IMG/VR virus record: IMGVR_UViG_3300017747_003445
Coordinates: 2,781-66,780 of that record
Strand: one strand, 5' to 3'
Length of the DNA stretch: 64,000 nt
DNA from: a virus
Lineage: Duplodnaviria > Caudoviricetes
The notes beneath the pieces are model-generated. The model worked only from the letters and a program-made list of their open reading frames with translations, was not told the DNA's origin and searched no databases. Of the stretch, positions 7,887 through 16,378 are shown one piece after another (position 1 is the first letter of the stretch; the number at the start of each line of letters is the position of its first letter). A program made the position numbers and the translations under genes.

Positions 7887-8188
7887 TTGATAGATTTTAT
7901 TGCGCCCAATTCTTGCAATGTCTTTAATTGCGTAGTAGATACTGCTTTAGCTGAATCGCTTCTTCTTAATGCTTCTTGAACTAAATCTAACCTACCTTCT
8001 ATCTTTTCAATTCTAAAGTCTTGTGATTTAGCTTGTGATTGAAATGTGCTTCTGACATCTAAATACAAACCTGAAATACCACACAAAACTAAAAATAGTG
8101 TAGCTACAATTGGATTTTTAGCAAAAGTTTTAAAATCCATTATCCCTGTTACAGGATTTAAACCTATTTTCTTTTTAGCCGTTGCCAT
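7883..8188 (-). CDS. Single-TM coiled-coil membrane protein
   Basis: TM 'PIVATLFLVLCGISGLYL' followed by a coiled coil. Confidence 0.55.
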   Translation of the reverse strand: MATAKKKIGLNPVTGIMDFKTFAKNPIVATLFLVLCGISGLYLDVRSTFQSQAKSQDFRIEKIEGRLDLVQEALRRSDSAKAVSTTQLKTLQELGAIKSIK

Positions 8189-8740
8189 CTAAAATAACTT
8201 TTTATATAAGCCTATGCTTATGTGATTGGTGGTATAATTAAAAGTGTAACCTTCTTTTTGCTTTTTATAAATAACCCCTACTCCAACTCCTAGTTTTTGG
8301 TCAAACCTTCTGTAATCGCCTATTAACCCCAAGAATAATTCATTTTTAGGCTTGTGGTAAATGTCGTTCTTTATTGTAATTGTTTTTTGTACAAAATGTC
8401 CGCCATAACCTCTGCCTAATATTTTGTTTTGACTGATGGTGTCGCTTACATAAACATATTGAGCTGAATCTATTTTTAGCGTATCGTAATACGCATATGT
8501 ACGGCTATAATCGGATATAATTTTGATTGTATCGTGAATTTCATCTACTTGATAGATTGTGTCTAAAACGACAAAAGGGATGTCTTTCCCTTTCTTATAT
8601 TTGTATATTGTAGTATCCTTTACTAAAGTGTCTATCTTCGTTATTACACGAGTATTTTCTATAGGTTTAGGATTAGATAAAATAAAAAACCCTAAAACTA
8701 ATACTAATAAAACTATTAAAATGTTTTTAGCGGTTGCCAT
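8189..8740 (-). CDS. Membrane-anchored/exported protein of the lysis region
   Basis: N-terminal TM; DT/DS-rich beta segments; C-terminal amphipathic beta strands ending in F. Confidence 0.55.
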   Translation of the reverse strand: MATAKNILIVLLVLVLGFFILSNPKPIENTRVITKIDTLVKDTTIYKYKKGKDIPFVVLDTIYQVDEIHDTIKIISDYSRTYAYYDTLKIDSAQYVYVSDTISQNKILGRGYGGHFVQKTITIKNDIYHKPKNELFLGLIGDYRRFDQKLGVGVGVIYKKQKEGYTFNYTTNHISIGLYKKLF

Positions 8741-8912
8741 CTTTTTTAAGGTGTTTGGTTTTCCAATAATAATATCTCATTGCAAACAAACCTGAAGCGA
8801 TAGCAACTAATCCAGCTGTTAAGCTTACAAATGGCTGAATAGAACTAATGGTAACGACTGCCGATAGTATACTTATAGATGCCGATGCGTCCGCTAAATT
8901 ATGTTGTGTCAT
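8727..8912 (-). CDS. Holin-like small membrane protein
   Basis: Two hydrophobic segments with a basic C-tail; first gene of the lysis operon. Confidence 0.5.
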   Translation of the reverse strand: MTQHNLADASASISILSAVVTISSIQPFVSLTAGLVAIASGLFAMRYYYWKTKHLKKDGNR

Positions 8913-8925
8913 GTCAATTTTTTAC

Positions 8926-8963
8926 CAAATATAATTAATATTTTTATTTTACTAACAAATATA
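8926..8963 (-). promoter_or_regulatory. Tandem -7 boxes (TATATTTG) driving the lysis operon
   Basis: CAAATATA on the + strand at 8926-8933 and 8956-8963. Confidence 0.6.
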
Positions 8964-8997
8964 TAAATCATTTATTTATTAATTAAATTAATTATTC

Positions 8998-9005
8998 TAA
9001 CTTTG
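8998..9005 (+). promoter_or_regulatory. -7 box (TAACTTTG) for the + strand glycan operon
   Basis: Exact TAnnTTTG 13 nt upstream of the ATG at 9019; divergent from the lysis promoters. Confidence 0.65.
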
Positions 9006-9018
9006 CAAAAAACTATTT

Positions 9019-9630
9019 ATGAAATTAAACATCAACCGAATTGATTTAATTAAGAAGATAACAATTGGATTTCCCGATGGTTATGGCGCTGAAATAGGTT
9101 CGTTTAAGGGTGAGTTTGCAAAAGAAATAGTTGAAAATTGGGGTGGCAATTTATTTATGGTAGATGTGTGGATGGGACTCGGGGATGAATATAAGGACGC
9201 AAGTAACCATAATATCCATACAAACGCCTATGCAGATGCAATGAAATCTATAGAAGGATATGAAAATAGAGCAGTAATGGTAAGAGGAAGCTCTGAAGTG
9301 GTATCCGAGATGTTTAGAAATGAATCGCTTAATTTTGTATATATTGATGCCAACCATGCGTATGATTTTGTTATTCAAGATATTGAATTGTGGTATCCAA
9401 AGGTAAAAAAAGGGGGTTATTTACTTGGACATGATTACATAGATATGGATTGGGATAAAGACCCTCATTTTGCAGATTGCTATGGCAAAAACAAGCACAT
9501 ATATTCATCTACAGGGTTTTATTTTGGTGTGTTTGGCGTCAATCCAGCAGTGGATGAATTTTGTAAAACCAACAACTATGAACTTACCCTAACAAATGAG
9601 TGGTTTGGAACATGGATGATTAAAAAATAA
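9019..9630 (+). CDS. Class I SAM-dependent methyltransferase (Methyltransf_24-like)
   Basis: 'GAEIGSFKGEF', 'FVYIDANHAYD', 'VKKGGYLLGHDY'. Confidence 0.85.
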   Translation: MKLNINRIDLIKKITIGFPDGYGAEIGSFKGEFAKEIVENWGGNLFMVDVWMGLGDEYKDASNHNIHTNAYADAMKSIEGYENRAVMVRGSSEVVSEMFRNESLNFVYIDANHAYDFVIQDIELWYPKVKKGGYLLGHDYIDMDWDKDPHFADCYGKNKHIYSSTGFYFGVFGVNPAVDEFCKTNNYELTLTNEWFGTWMIKK

Positions 9631-9633
9631 ATT

Positions 9634-10524
9634 ATGAAATACCCCAAAGCGTATGTCTTATATGCCAATGAAAACTATATAGATATAGTTAATGCTTGTG
9701 CTAAATCAATTAAAACTTTCAGCAACCTTCCTGTTTTTGTCTATCTACTTAATTGTGATAAAACCGTTTTGGAAGCTGATAAAACCATTAATTGGGAGTG
9801 TGATATAGATGCAGATGAAAAAGAAGAAATGTACCTTAAGCAAAGTGATTTAAACTTCTATGTAAATAGGGCTAGTAAAAGAATTTATAGGCTAATAAAA
9901 GAACGACCACTTATTGTAAAGCATGCTCTAAAAATGGCTAATCTTGTGTGTTATGTGGATTGCGACTCCATAGCTACAAAGCATATAGATAGAGCCTTTA
10001 AATTATTTGATGAGCATAGCTTTTATCCATTTTTTTCTGAAGGTATTTATGATTTTTTAATGATGAATGGCAGGGGCGGGGCAACAGGGAATGACCTATC
10101 TACTACATTAGAACATCCAGCTTGTGAATTATTTAGTATTAATCAAAACAATCGTAAAAAATACAGGACATCAAATATATTTGTTGCAGGGCAAAATTGT
10201 ATTGAATTTTTAGACACTTGGTATTGGATGATGATACATCCTAAAATACTTGCAGACCCTGAATTATATGCCCCATTTCAGGATGAAACCATTGCAAACT
10301 GCTTGTTATTTAAACATAATTTTCAAGATGGACTTCCTTATGTTTATACTAATGGTGGATTAGATAGGATAGATGAAGTGCTTAATATTGGATTCAATGG
10401 TTCAGTACAATACATAGCTCAATGGTTTAAGATTCCTGCAAAAGAAGAAGATTTACTACTGTTCCATGGAGAAAAAAGAACTGCTGAAATGAATAAAATG
10501 ATTGAAAAATTAAAAACTATATGA
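9634..10524 (+). CDS. GT-A fold glycosyltransferase-like protein
   Basis: DxD motif 'YVDCDSI', 'QDET' and C-terminal 'FHGEK' as in GT8-like enzymes. Confidence 0.65.
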   Translation: MKYPKAYVLYANENYIDIVNACAKSIKTFSNLPVFVYLLNCDKTVLEADKTINWECDIDADEKEEMYLKQSDLNFYVNRASKRIYRLIKERPLIVKHALKMANLVCYVDCDSIATKHIDRAFKLFDEHSFYPFFSEGIYDFLMMNGRGGATGNDLSTTLEHPACELFSINQNNRKKYRTSNIFVAGQNCIEFLDTWYWMMIHPKILADPELYAPFQDETIANCLLFKHNFQDGLPYVYTNGGLDRIDEVLNIGFNGSVQYIAQWFKIPAKEEDLLLFHGEKRTAEMNKMIEKLKTI

Positions 10525-12566
10525 AGAAAATAAAACTACTTTACTTAATGCCTCATTGCAGTACAGGAGGTATGCCCCAATTTGTTCTTAAGCGTATTCA
10601 AACACTATTAGATTATACAGATGCATTTGAGATATTTGTTATTGAATATCATGATTATGGTAAATCATTTCCTGTTCAACGAAATCAACTTATAGAACTT
10701 TTAGGCAATAATTTTATTAGCTTACAAGAAAATAAAATGCGTGTAATGGAAATTATTCGCACCGAAGAAATAGATATAATTCATTTAGATGAGATGCCAG
10801 AATTAATGGATAATGATAGATTATTTAAAGATTTATATCGTAATGATAGAAAATGGTATATCGTTGAAACTTGTCATAATTCCTCATTCCGCCCTGATAC
10901 AGATAAAAGATTTCATCCTGATTTATATTCTTTTTGTACTCCTTGGCATGAAGATATATTTGGTAATATGGATGCTCAATTTGTTACAATACCATATCCT
11001 ATTGATAAGAAAGACAATCATGCAGTTAAAGAAGGTAAGCATGTTCTTAATGTAGGATTATGGACTTCTGGTAAAAATCAAGGTGAGGGGATTGAAATTG
11101 CACGCAAATACCCTAATATGACATTTCATTTTGTAGGTAATCAAGCTAGTAATTTTTCTGATTATTGGTTACAACTGATGAAGGATTTGCCACCCAATGT
11201 AATTGTATGGGGGGAAAGAAAAGATATAGATACTTTTATGGAGATGGCTGACATATTTATGTTCAATTCTACCTTGGAGTTGAATCCATTGGTACTTCGT
11301 GAAGCTATTGGGTATGGACTTCCAATAATCGCGCGGAATCTTCCGCAATACGCGGGAATGTATGATGATTATATTAATCCTATTGATACTGATTTAAATA
11401 CTTTAGAATGTACTTACAAAGTGCCTACTGACAATACCTCATTGACCTTTGGATTAAGACATGAAGAAGCCTATAAAAAGATATTAGAAAAGCCAATCCA
11501 TCAACAAAAAGTAAAAGTTATTAACTATTATGTGGATAACCCATTTTTAGAAATTAAGGGTGTTTCTGATAGTGATTTTAAGGTGGCATTTTATGATGAA
11601 AAAGATATATGCCATTATGAAAATACCATTAAATCAAATAATTGGGTTAAAGTTAACAGGCAATACTACACAAAATGGACTGCAAAGGTTTGGCAAGATG
11701 GAGAACTAATTTACGAGGACACACTAGACTTAAATAACAAAAGAGTTTACATAGCATTTGAAAGTAAATCATTAGGAGATACCATTGCATGGATGCCGTA
11801 TGTAGAAGAATTTAGAAAGAAACATAATTGTACGGTGATTTGCAGTACATTTTGGAATAGCTTGTTTGACTATCCAGAGATTGAATTTGTGGAACCATCG
11901 TTTGTAGTACCAAATATTTATGCCCTTTATCGTATTGGTTATTTTGATAATTTAGATAAGCTACCATTAAAGCCTGTAACAATACCTCTTCAAAAGGTCG
12001 CTACAGCCATTTTAGGACTTGATTTTAAAGAAATGATACCAATACTAGCTTATAAGCCTAAAGTGGCTAAAATGGGCAAATATGTAACAATAGCGACCAA
12101 TTCCACTTCAGGAATGAAGTTTTGGACTAAAGAGGGGTGGCAAAAGCTTATTAATTGGTTAGTTTCTGATGGGTATGAGGTGTATAATGTTTCCCTTGAA
12201 CCAAATCCATTTGATAATTGCACACAAATAACCACTCCTTCCCTTGAATCTAAAATGGATTGGATTGCAGGAAGTGAATTTTTTATAGGATTATCTTCAG
12301 GTTTAGCTTGGGTTGCTTACGCTATGGGTAAGAGAGTGGTAATGATAGCTAATTTCAGTGAAGAGTTCAATGAGTTCTCTTGCATAAGGATTGTAAAAAA
12401 AGATGTTTGTCATGGTTGCTGGAACAATCCTAATTTTAAATTTGATGCTGGAAATTGGAACTATTGCCCGATTTATCAAGGTAGTGATAGACAATTTGAA
12501 TGTCAAAATTCAATAACAAGTGATATGGTTATAGAAAAAATAAAACTAATGAATGGAAAATTTTAA
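10521..12566 (+). CDS. Fusion: GT4-like glycosyltransferase plus TibC/AAH-type (autotransporter strand-loop-strand) O-heptosyltransferase-like domain
   Basis: N-half 'ADIFMFNSTLELNPLVLREAIGYGLPII' (GT4); C-half 'SLGDTIAWMPYVEEFRKKH', 'FFIGLSSGLAWVAYA' and 4-Cys iron finger 'CHGCW…NYCP…RQFECQNSIT'. Confidence 0.85.
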   Translation: MKKIKLLYLMPHCSTGGMPQFVLKRIQTLLDYTDAFEIFVIEYHDYGKSFPVQRNQLIELLGNNFISLQENKMRVMEIIRTEEIDIIHLDEMPELMDNDRLFKDLYRNDRKWYIVETCHNSSFRPDTDKRFHPDLYSFCTPWHEDIFGNMDAQFVTIPYPIDKKDNHAVKEGKHVLNVGLWTSGKNQGEGIEIARKYPNMTFHFVGNQASNFSDYWLQLMKDLPPNVIVWGERKDIDTFMEMADIFMFNSTLELNPLVLREAIGYGLPIIARNLPQYAGMYDDYINPIDTDLNTLECTYKVPTDNTSLTFGLRHEEAYKKILEKPIHQQKVKVINYYVDNPFLEIKGVSDSDFKVAFYDEKDICHYENTIKSNNWVKVNRQYYTKWTAKVWQDGELIYEDTLDLNNKRVYIAFESKSLGDTIAWMPYVEEFRKKHNCTVICSTFWNSLFDYPEIEFVEPSFVVPNIYALYRIGYFDNLDKLPLKPVTIPLQKVATAILGLDFKEMIPILAYKPKVAKMGKYVTIATNSTSGMKFWTKEGWQKLINWLVSDGYEVYNVSLEPNPFDNCTQITTPSLESKMDWIAGSEFFIGLSSGLAWVAYAMGKRVVMIANFSEEFNEFSCIRIVKKDVCHGCWNNPNFKFDAGNWNYCPIYQGSDRQFECQNSITSDMVIEKIKLMNGKF

Positions 12567-13218
12567 TTGGGGTGACTCACCTGAAGAGTTCAACAAGCTG
12601 ATACACAAAGAGATATTTGAAGATAAGATGTACGAAAAGGTTTTTAAGGTGAAAGAGGGGGATGTCGTTTTTGACATTGGCGCAAGTACAGGGGCTTTTG
12701 CTTATTCTATCTTGGGTGCAAATCCAAGTCATGTTTTTTGCTTTGAGCCTAGTTACAAGGAGTTTATGACATTGGTATTAAATACTAGACAAGCGCCTGT
12801 TACCTGTGTAAACAAAGCCATATCTGGTATAGTAGGGGAGTTTAAATCAGACTATATATTTGATAATGACCAAGATAAGATATATTCTACCACTTTTATG
12901 CAAGTGATAAAAGACTATAATATAAATAAAATAGATTTTTTAAAAATGGATTGCGAGGGTGGTGAGTATGATATTTGCAATGCTAAAAACCTATTATGGA
13001 TAAAAGAAAATGTAAGCCAAATAAGTGGTGAATGGCATTTAAGCACTCCTGAATTAAAAAATAATTTCAGAATATTTAGGGAGAACTATCTAACGGCATC
13101 TAACTATAAAATATATTCACTAGACAATTTTGATATAACAATGGGTGTTTGGTCAGATGAATTTATAGACTATTATACAGAAGTTATCGTACACATAGAA
13201 AATAAAAAAGCAGGTTAA
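12553..13218 (+). CDS. FkbM-family methyltransferase
   Basis: 'VVFDIGASTG', 'CFEP', 'IDFLKMDCEGGEY'. Confidence 0.9.
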   Translation: MENFNWGDSPEEFNKLIHKEIFEDKMYEKVFKVKEGDVVFDIGASTGAFAYSILGANPSHVFCFEPSYKEFMTLVLNTRQAPVTCVNKAISGIVGEFKSDYIFDNDQDKIYSTTFMQVIKDYNINKIDFLKMDCEGGEYDICNAKNLLWIKENVSQISGEWHLSTPELKNNFRIFRENYLTASNYKIYSLDNFDITMGVWSDEFIDYYTEVIVHIENKKAG

Positions 13219-13436
13219 GGTTGTTTCTTCTCTTTTAGACCATAAGTAATCCATCTGTACCAAATACGCTCATGGATGTAGTATTGGATTGGTTTGTAAA
13301 CTAATTCAGCTACTCCAAATGCAGCTCCTACTTTTATAGAACCACTAATACCCCACATGATTCCAAATCCTACGGCTGTACTAATAATTCTATAGCTTAT
13401 AGTCTTGGCTAAATGCCTTTTCTTTTCTACTATCAT
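13215..13436 (-). CDS. DUF2061-like small membrane protein
   Basis: 'RHLAKTISYRIIST…YYIHERIW'. Confidence 0.8.
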   Translation of the reverse strand: MIVEKKRHLAKTISYRIISTAVGFGIMWGISGSIKVGAAFGVAELVYKPIQYYIHERIWYRWITYGLKEKKQP

Positions 13437-13810
13437 AAACCTAATTCTTTTCTAATTTTAGTTGCTGATATTTCTGCCACTTCTGATGGTGGTATATATT
13501 CTATAATGTCATATCCAACTCCTCTACCAAAGTTGACTGAAGAAATATCAGGAACAATAATAACTTGAACGCTTTCATTATCCCAATACTCTTTTGATAT
13601 GTTTTCAAATACCTGCCTTGTAGTAAATGGATTTTTTTCATTAACATCACCATCTCTAACAGCAATACATACCCTTCCTCCGTCATCTAATACTTGCTGA
13701 AATAATTGTTTATGAGCCTCGTGTAAAGGTTGCCAACGACCTATAAACAAAGACCATTGACTATCTTTTCTCTCCATTGAGCTTTTAACATGTACTTTTT
13801 TATTCCACAT
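13433..13810 (-). CDS. HxxH-class nucleotidyltransferase (cytidylyltransferase-like)
   Basis: 'FIGRWQPLHEAH' and 'ISATKIR'. Confidence 0.85.
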   Translation of the reverse strand: MWNKKVHVKSSMERKDSQWSLFIGRWQPLHEAHKQLFQQVLDDGGRVCIAVRDGDVNEKNPFTTRQVFENISKEYWDNESVQVIIVPDISSVNFGRGVGYDIIEYIPPSEVAEISATKIRKELGL

Positions 13811-14237
13811 ATTTCATTATTTTATCTGCTGCTTCTTCAATTGATTGATTATCGGTATTTATTTGCATGAAATTTTCCAATTCTGGTTCTTCAAAATCAG
13901 CAACATGAAAACCTTCTCTACCTCTTGGTTTTGTATAAGTTAAATATATCCATTTAACATCATCACTTAATGAATTAAGATAATCTCTAGCTTCTTTATA
14001 AGGATAGACAACAGATACAATTACATCTTTATTATTCCAGTCTAGATATGCAGCTATATCACTAGCCTTTTGCAAGTTCTTTAACCTACCTTGTCTACTA
14101 AAATCTTTATTCTGAAAAATTTCCCTAAGCTCATCTCCATCAATAAGTTCAGTTGTATATGAATCAAAGTACCCCCTTAACTCATTAGCTAAAGTTGTCT
14201 TACCACTATGTGGCTGTCCAAATAATACTATTATCAT
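13800..14237 (-). CDS. cysC: Adenylyl-sulfate (APS) kinase-like protein
   Basis: P-loop 'GQPHSGKTT', 'IDGDELR', 'FSRQGRLKN', 'FEEP'. Confidence 0.85.
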   Translation of the reverse strand: MIIVLFGQPHSGKTTLANELRGYFDSYTTELIDGDELREIFQNKDFSRQGRLKNLQKASDIAAYLDWNNKDVIVSVVYPYKEARDYLNSLSDDVKWIYLTYTKPRGREGFHVADFEEPELENFMQINTDNQSIEEAADKIMKYVE

Positions 14238-15052
14238 TTTGTATATCTAAATTGTTGAAAAAACCATTGATAATTATCCCAAATCCACCCTGTCACCTCT
14301 TTGCCCAACAGTTGTTTAGCTCTTGATGGAACAGGCTCTAGCTTTGTACGGATGGTATGGTCACCAAAGCTTCCATATACTTCATCATCTTCTTTAGTTA
14401 CTTGCTCTATGTTGTCCCAATCATGTTGGTAATATGGTATGCCTAAATACTCGTATATTTTTACCATTGTGCTATCAGGATATAAACATAAATCCTCAAA
14501 CTTTACAAATAAAACATGCTTGTCTATGTCTAATCTAAACATCTCTTGCAGCCTTTCAATAGCTAATCCTACGGGCTGTGATTGCGACCAAATATCTATA
14601 CGCTTTGGTACTGTCGTTCCCTGCATTTGCGCCCAATTTAAAATAGCATTTGCTTTGTCTGGATTCTTTCTATAGTTGTTTTCCATTGATGCAAACACAT
14701 CTCTTAAATCTCTAACCATCACAATAATTTTTGGGTTAGGTTGTATGAAATTTAAAAAGTCATAGTGTATGCCCCATCCTCTTGATTTGTCTACAATATA
14801 CTTTTTATTTGTAATGGCATTATAATAAGCTTCCATACCAAATCTACAAAAGGCTTGGAAAGCCGTTTTCATTATCGCAGAATCTTGTGCTTGAAATTCA
14901 GGAGAGTCTGTGTAATTACCTCTTGCAGCAAATACTAATTCTAAAACGCCACTTGTAGGCGTTGCATAGATATCTGAATTTTGAGCTAGTATGTTTTGTA
15001 AAAGTGTACTACCACTTCGGGGAAGAGAACTTTGGTAAAATATTTTTTCCAT
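14234..15052 (-). CDS. PAPS-dependent sulfotransferase
   Basis: 5'-PSB 'SLPRSGSTLL' and 3'-PB 'VRDLRDVFAS'. Confidence 0.9.
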   Translation of the reverse strand: MEKIFYQSSLPRSGSTLLQNILAQNSDIYATPTSGVLELVFAARGNYTDSPEFQAQDSAIMKTAFQAFCRFGMEAYYNAITNKKYIVDKSRGWGIHYDFLNFIQPNPKIIVMVRDLRDVFASMENNYRKNPDKANAILNWAQMQGTTVPKRIDIWSQSQPVGLAIERLQEMFRLDIDKHVLFVKFEDLCLYPDSTMVKIYEYLGIPYYQHDWDNIEQVTKEDDEVYGSFGDHTIRTKLEPVPSRAKQLLGKEVTGWIWDNYQWFFQQFRYTK

Positions 15053-15053
15053 A

Positions 15054-15932
15054 TTATTTTTTCAGTGATTCAATAATTTTATTTACATCAAATATCTCCT
15101 CTTCGTTATTATACGGAAACTCCAAAAGATTACCTGAAATATCATACTTCTGCAAGAATGAATGTCTTAACTCTGGCTTTTTTGTTTCATTGTTAGCTAA
15201 AATATTATCATGTATTTCATGTCCAAATACAACAGGTGTATTAACTACCCAACATACTGTGCTTGGCTTATTCATTGCAGCAGCAGCATGGTGAGCAAAG
15301 CTATCCATAAACAATCTTTTCTCACTTAAATCTATAAGAACTGCTAATGCTCTAAAATTATCTGTTACTGAAAATGTTCCATCAAATGATGGTTGGTCAT
15401 CTCTTCTAATATGAATGATGTTGTAATCATTTCTAAATTCTTCAATTACTCTTGCTACAACACTTGTAGGTATATCTCTTGCCCATGAGTATTTTAATTC
15501 TTGTTGAGCTGCGCCACCATTGGTTTGCAATAAAAATATTGGCTTGTCTGAAACAAACTTCTTACTAAAAAAGCTTCGCTCTCTATCGGTAAGAAACAAT
15601 TCTGGACTAGTTGATTCGGGTAAATCTAAACCAAGCATCTTACACCATGTATGTGTTAAATGTTCTGTTTGTAATAAATGCCCTGCTTCTAGGTACGGGT
15701 CGTGTCCAAAGAATTTAAAATCTTTTCCATCAATATAATCTTGGTAAAAATATTGAGTTTGACCAAATGTAAAAGCCCTATCAACGTGTGGATTATCAAG
15801 AAATACTTCAGGATAACCGCTTAACACGATTAATTGGGCTTCAGGATATTGTTTTTTAATTTGTTTGCAAATAACGGTGGACATGATACATTTACCAATT
15901 CCGCCATTAACTTGTAAGATAGCTATCTTCAT
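15054..15932 (-). CDS. GT9-like (heptosyltransferase-fold) glycosyltransferase; start revised to MKIAILQ at 15932
   Basis: 'GGIGKCIMST', 'YPEAQL', 'FMDSFAHHAAAAMNKP'; a -7 box overlaps the track's upstream TTG. Confidence 0.8.
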   Translation of the reverse strand: MKIAILQVNGGIGKCIMSTVICKQIKKQYPEAQLIVLSGYPEVFLDNPHVDRAFTFGQTQYFYQDYIDGKDFKFFGHDPYLEAGHLLQTEHLTHTWCKMLGLDLPESTSPELFLTDRERSFFSKKFVSDKPIFLLQTNGGAAQQELKYSWARDIPTSVVARVIEEFRNDYNIIHIRRDDQPSFDGTFSVTDNFRALAVLIDLSEKRLFMDSFAHHAAAAMNKPSTVCWVVNTPVVFGHEIHDNILANNETKKPELRHSFLQKYDISGNLLEFPYNNEEEIFDVNKIIESLKK

Positions 15933-15950
15933 GAATATTTGGGTTTTGCC

Positions 15951-15958
15951 CAAAGTTA
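15951..15958 (-). promoter_or_regulatory. -7 box (TAACTTTG) for the GT9/sulfation operon
   Basis: CAAAGTTA on the + strand. Confidence 0.6.
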
Positions 15959-15998
15959 TGAAGTAACTATTAAATTAAAAAATTAATTTAATTAAATA

Positions 15999-16328
15999 TT
16001 ATTTTGGTTCTGCTGGAGGTACATAAGCCAACACTTCTGCTGCTAATGTATCTAACAACGCTTGGTCTAGGTTAGCTGCCTCTACTCTAAATGATTCAGC
16101 ATCAGGAGTGTTTGGTAACCAATCAGAAAACAATGTGTTAAAGTTATTAATAGCGTGATATGTTTTTGGACTAGCGTAACCTTCAGGCTTGCCTGCCCAT
16201 ACATTATCAACTACTGCATCAACATCTGCTTGAAAAGCTGAAATTGGTGCTTGTACGTTTTTTGTGTCAGATATTGCTTGAACTGTTCCGAATCCGAAGA
16301 TGTGAAGTGTGTTCCATAAATTTGCCAT
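15999..16328 (-). CDS. Hypothetical protein (possible tail-fibre accessory)
   Basis: 109-aa ORF with its own -7 box at 16351-16358. Confidence 0.6.
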   Translation of the reverse strand: MANLWNTLHIFGFGTVQAISDTKNVQAPISAFQADVDAVVDNVWAGKPEGYASPKTYHAINNFNTLFSDWLPNTPDAESFRVEAANLDQALLDTLAAEVLAYVPPAEPK

Positions 16329-16378
16329 AATTGTTATTTTTATTTATTTACAAATATAATTAATTATAAAGATATTTC

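Noticed and set aside
9019-15932. Glyco-island as DNA hypermodification or O-antigen conversion machinery
   Set aside because: No hydroxymethylase, TET/JBP or nucleotide-pool enzymes, and no membrane GT, flippase or polymerase. Disfavoured rather than excluded.
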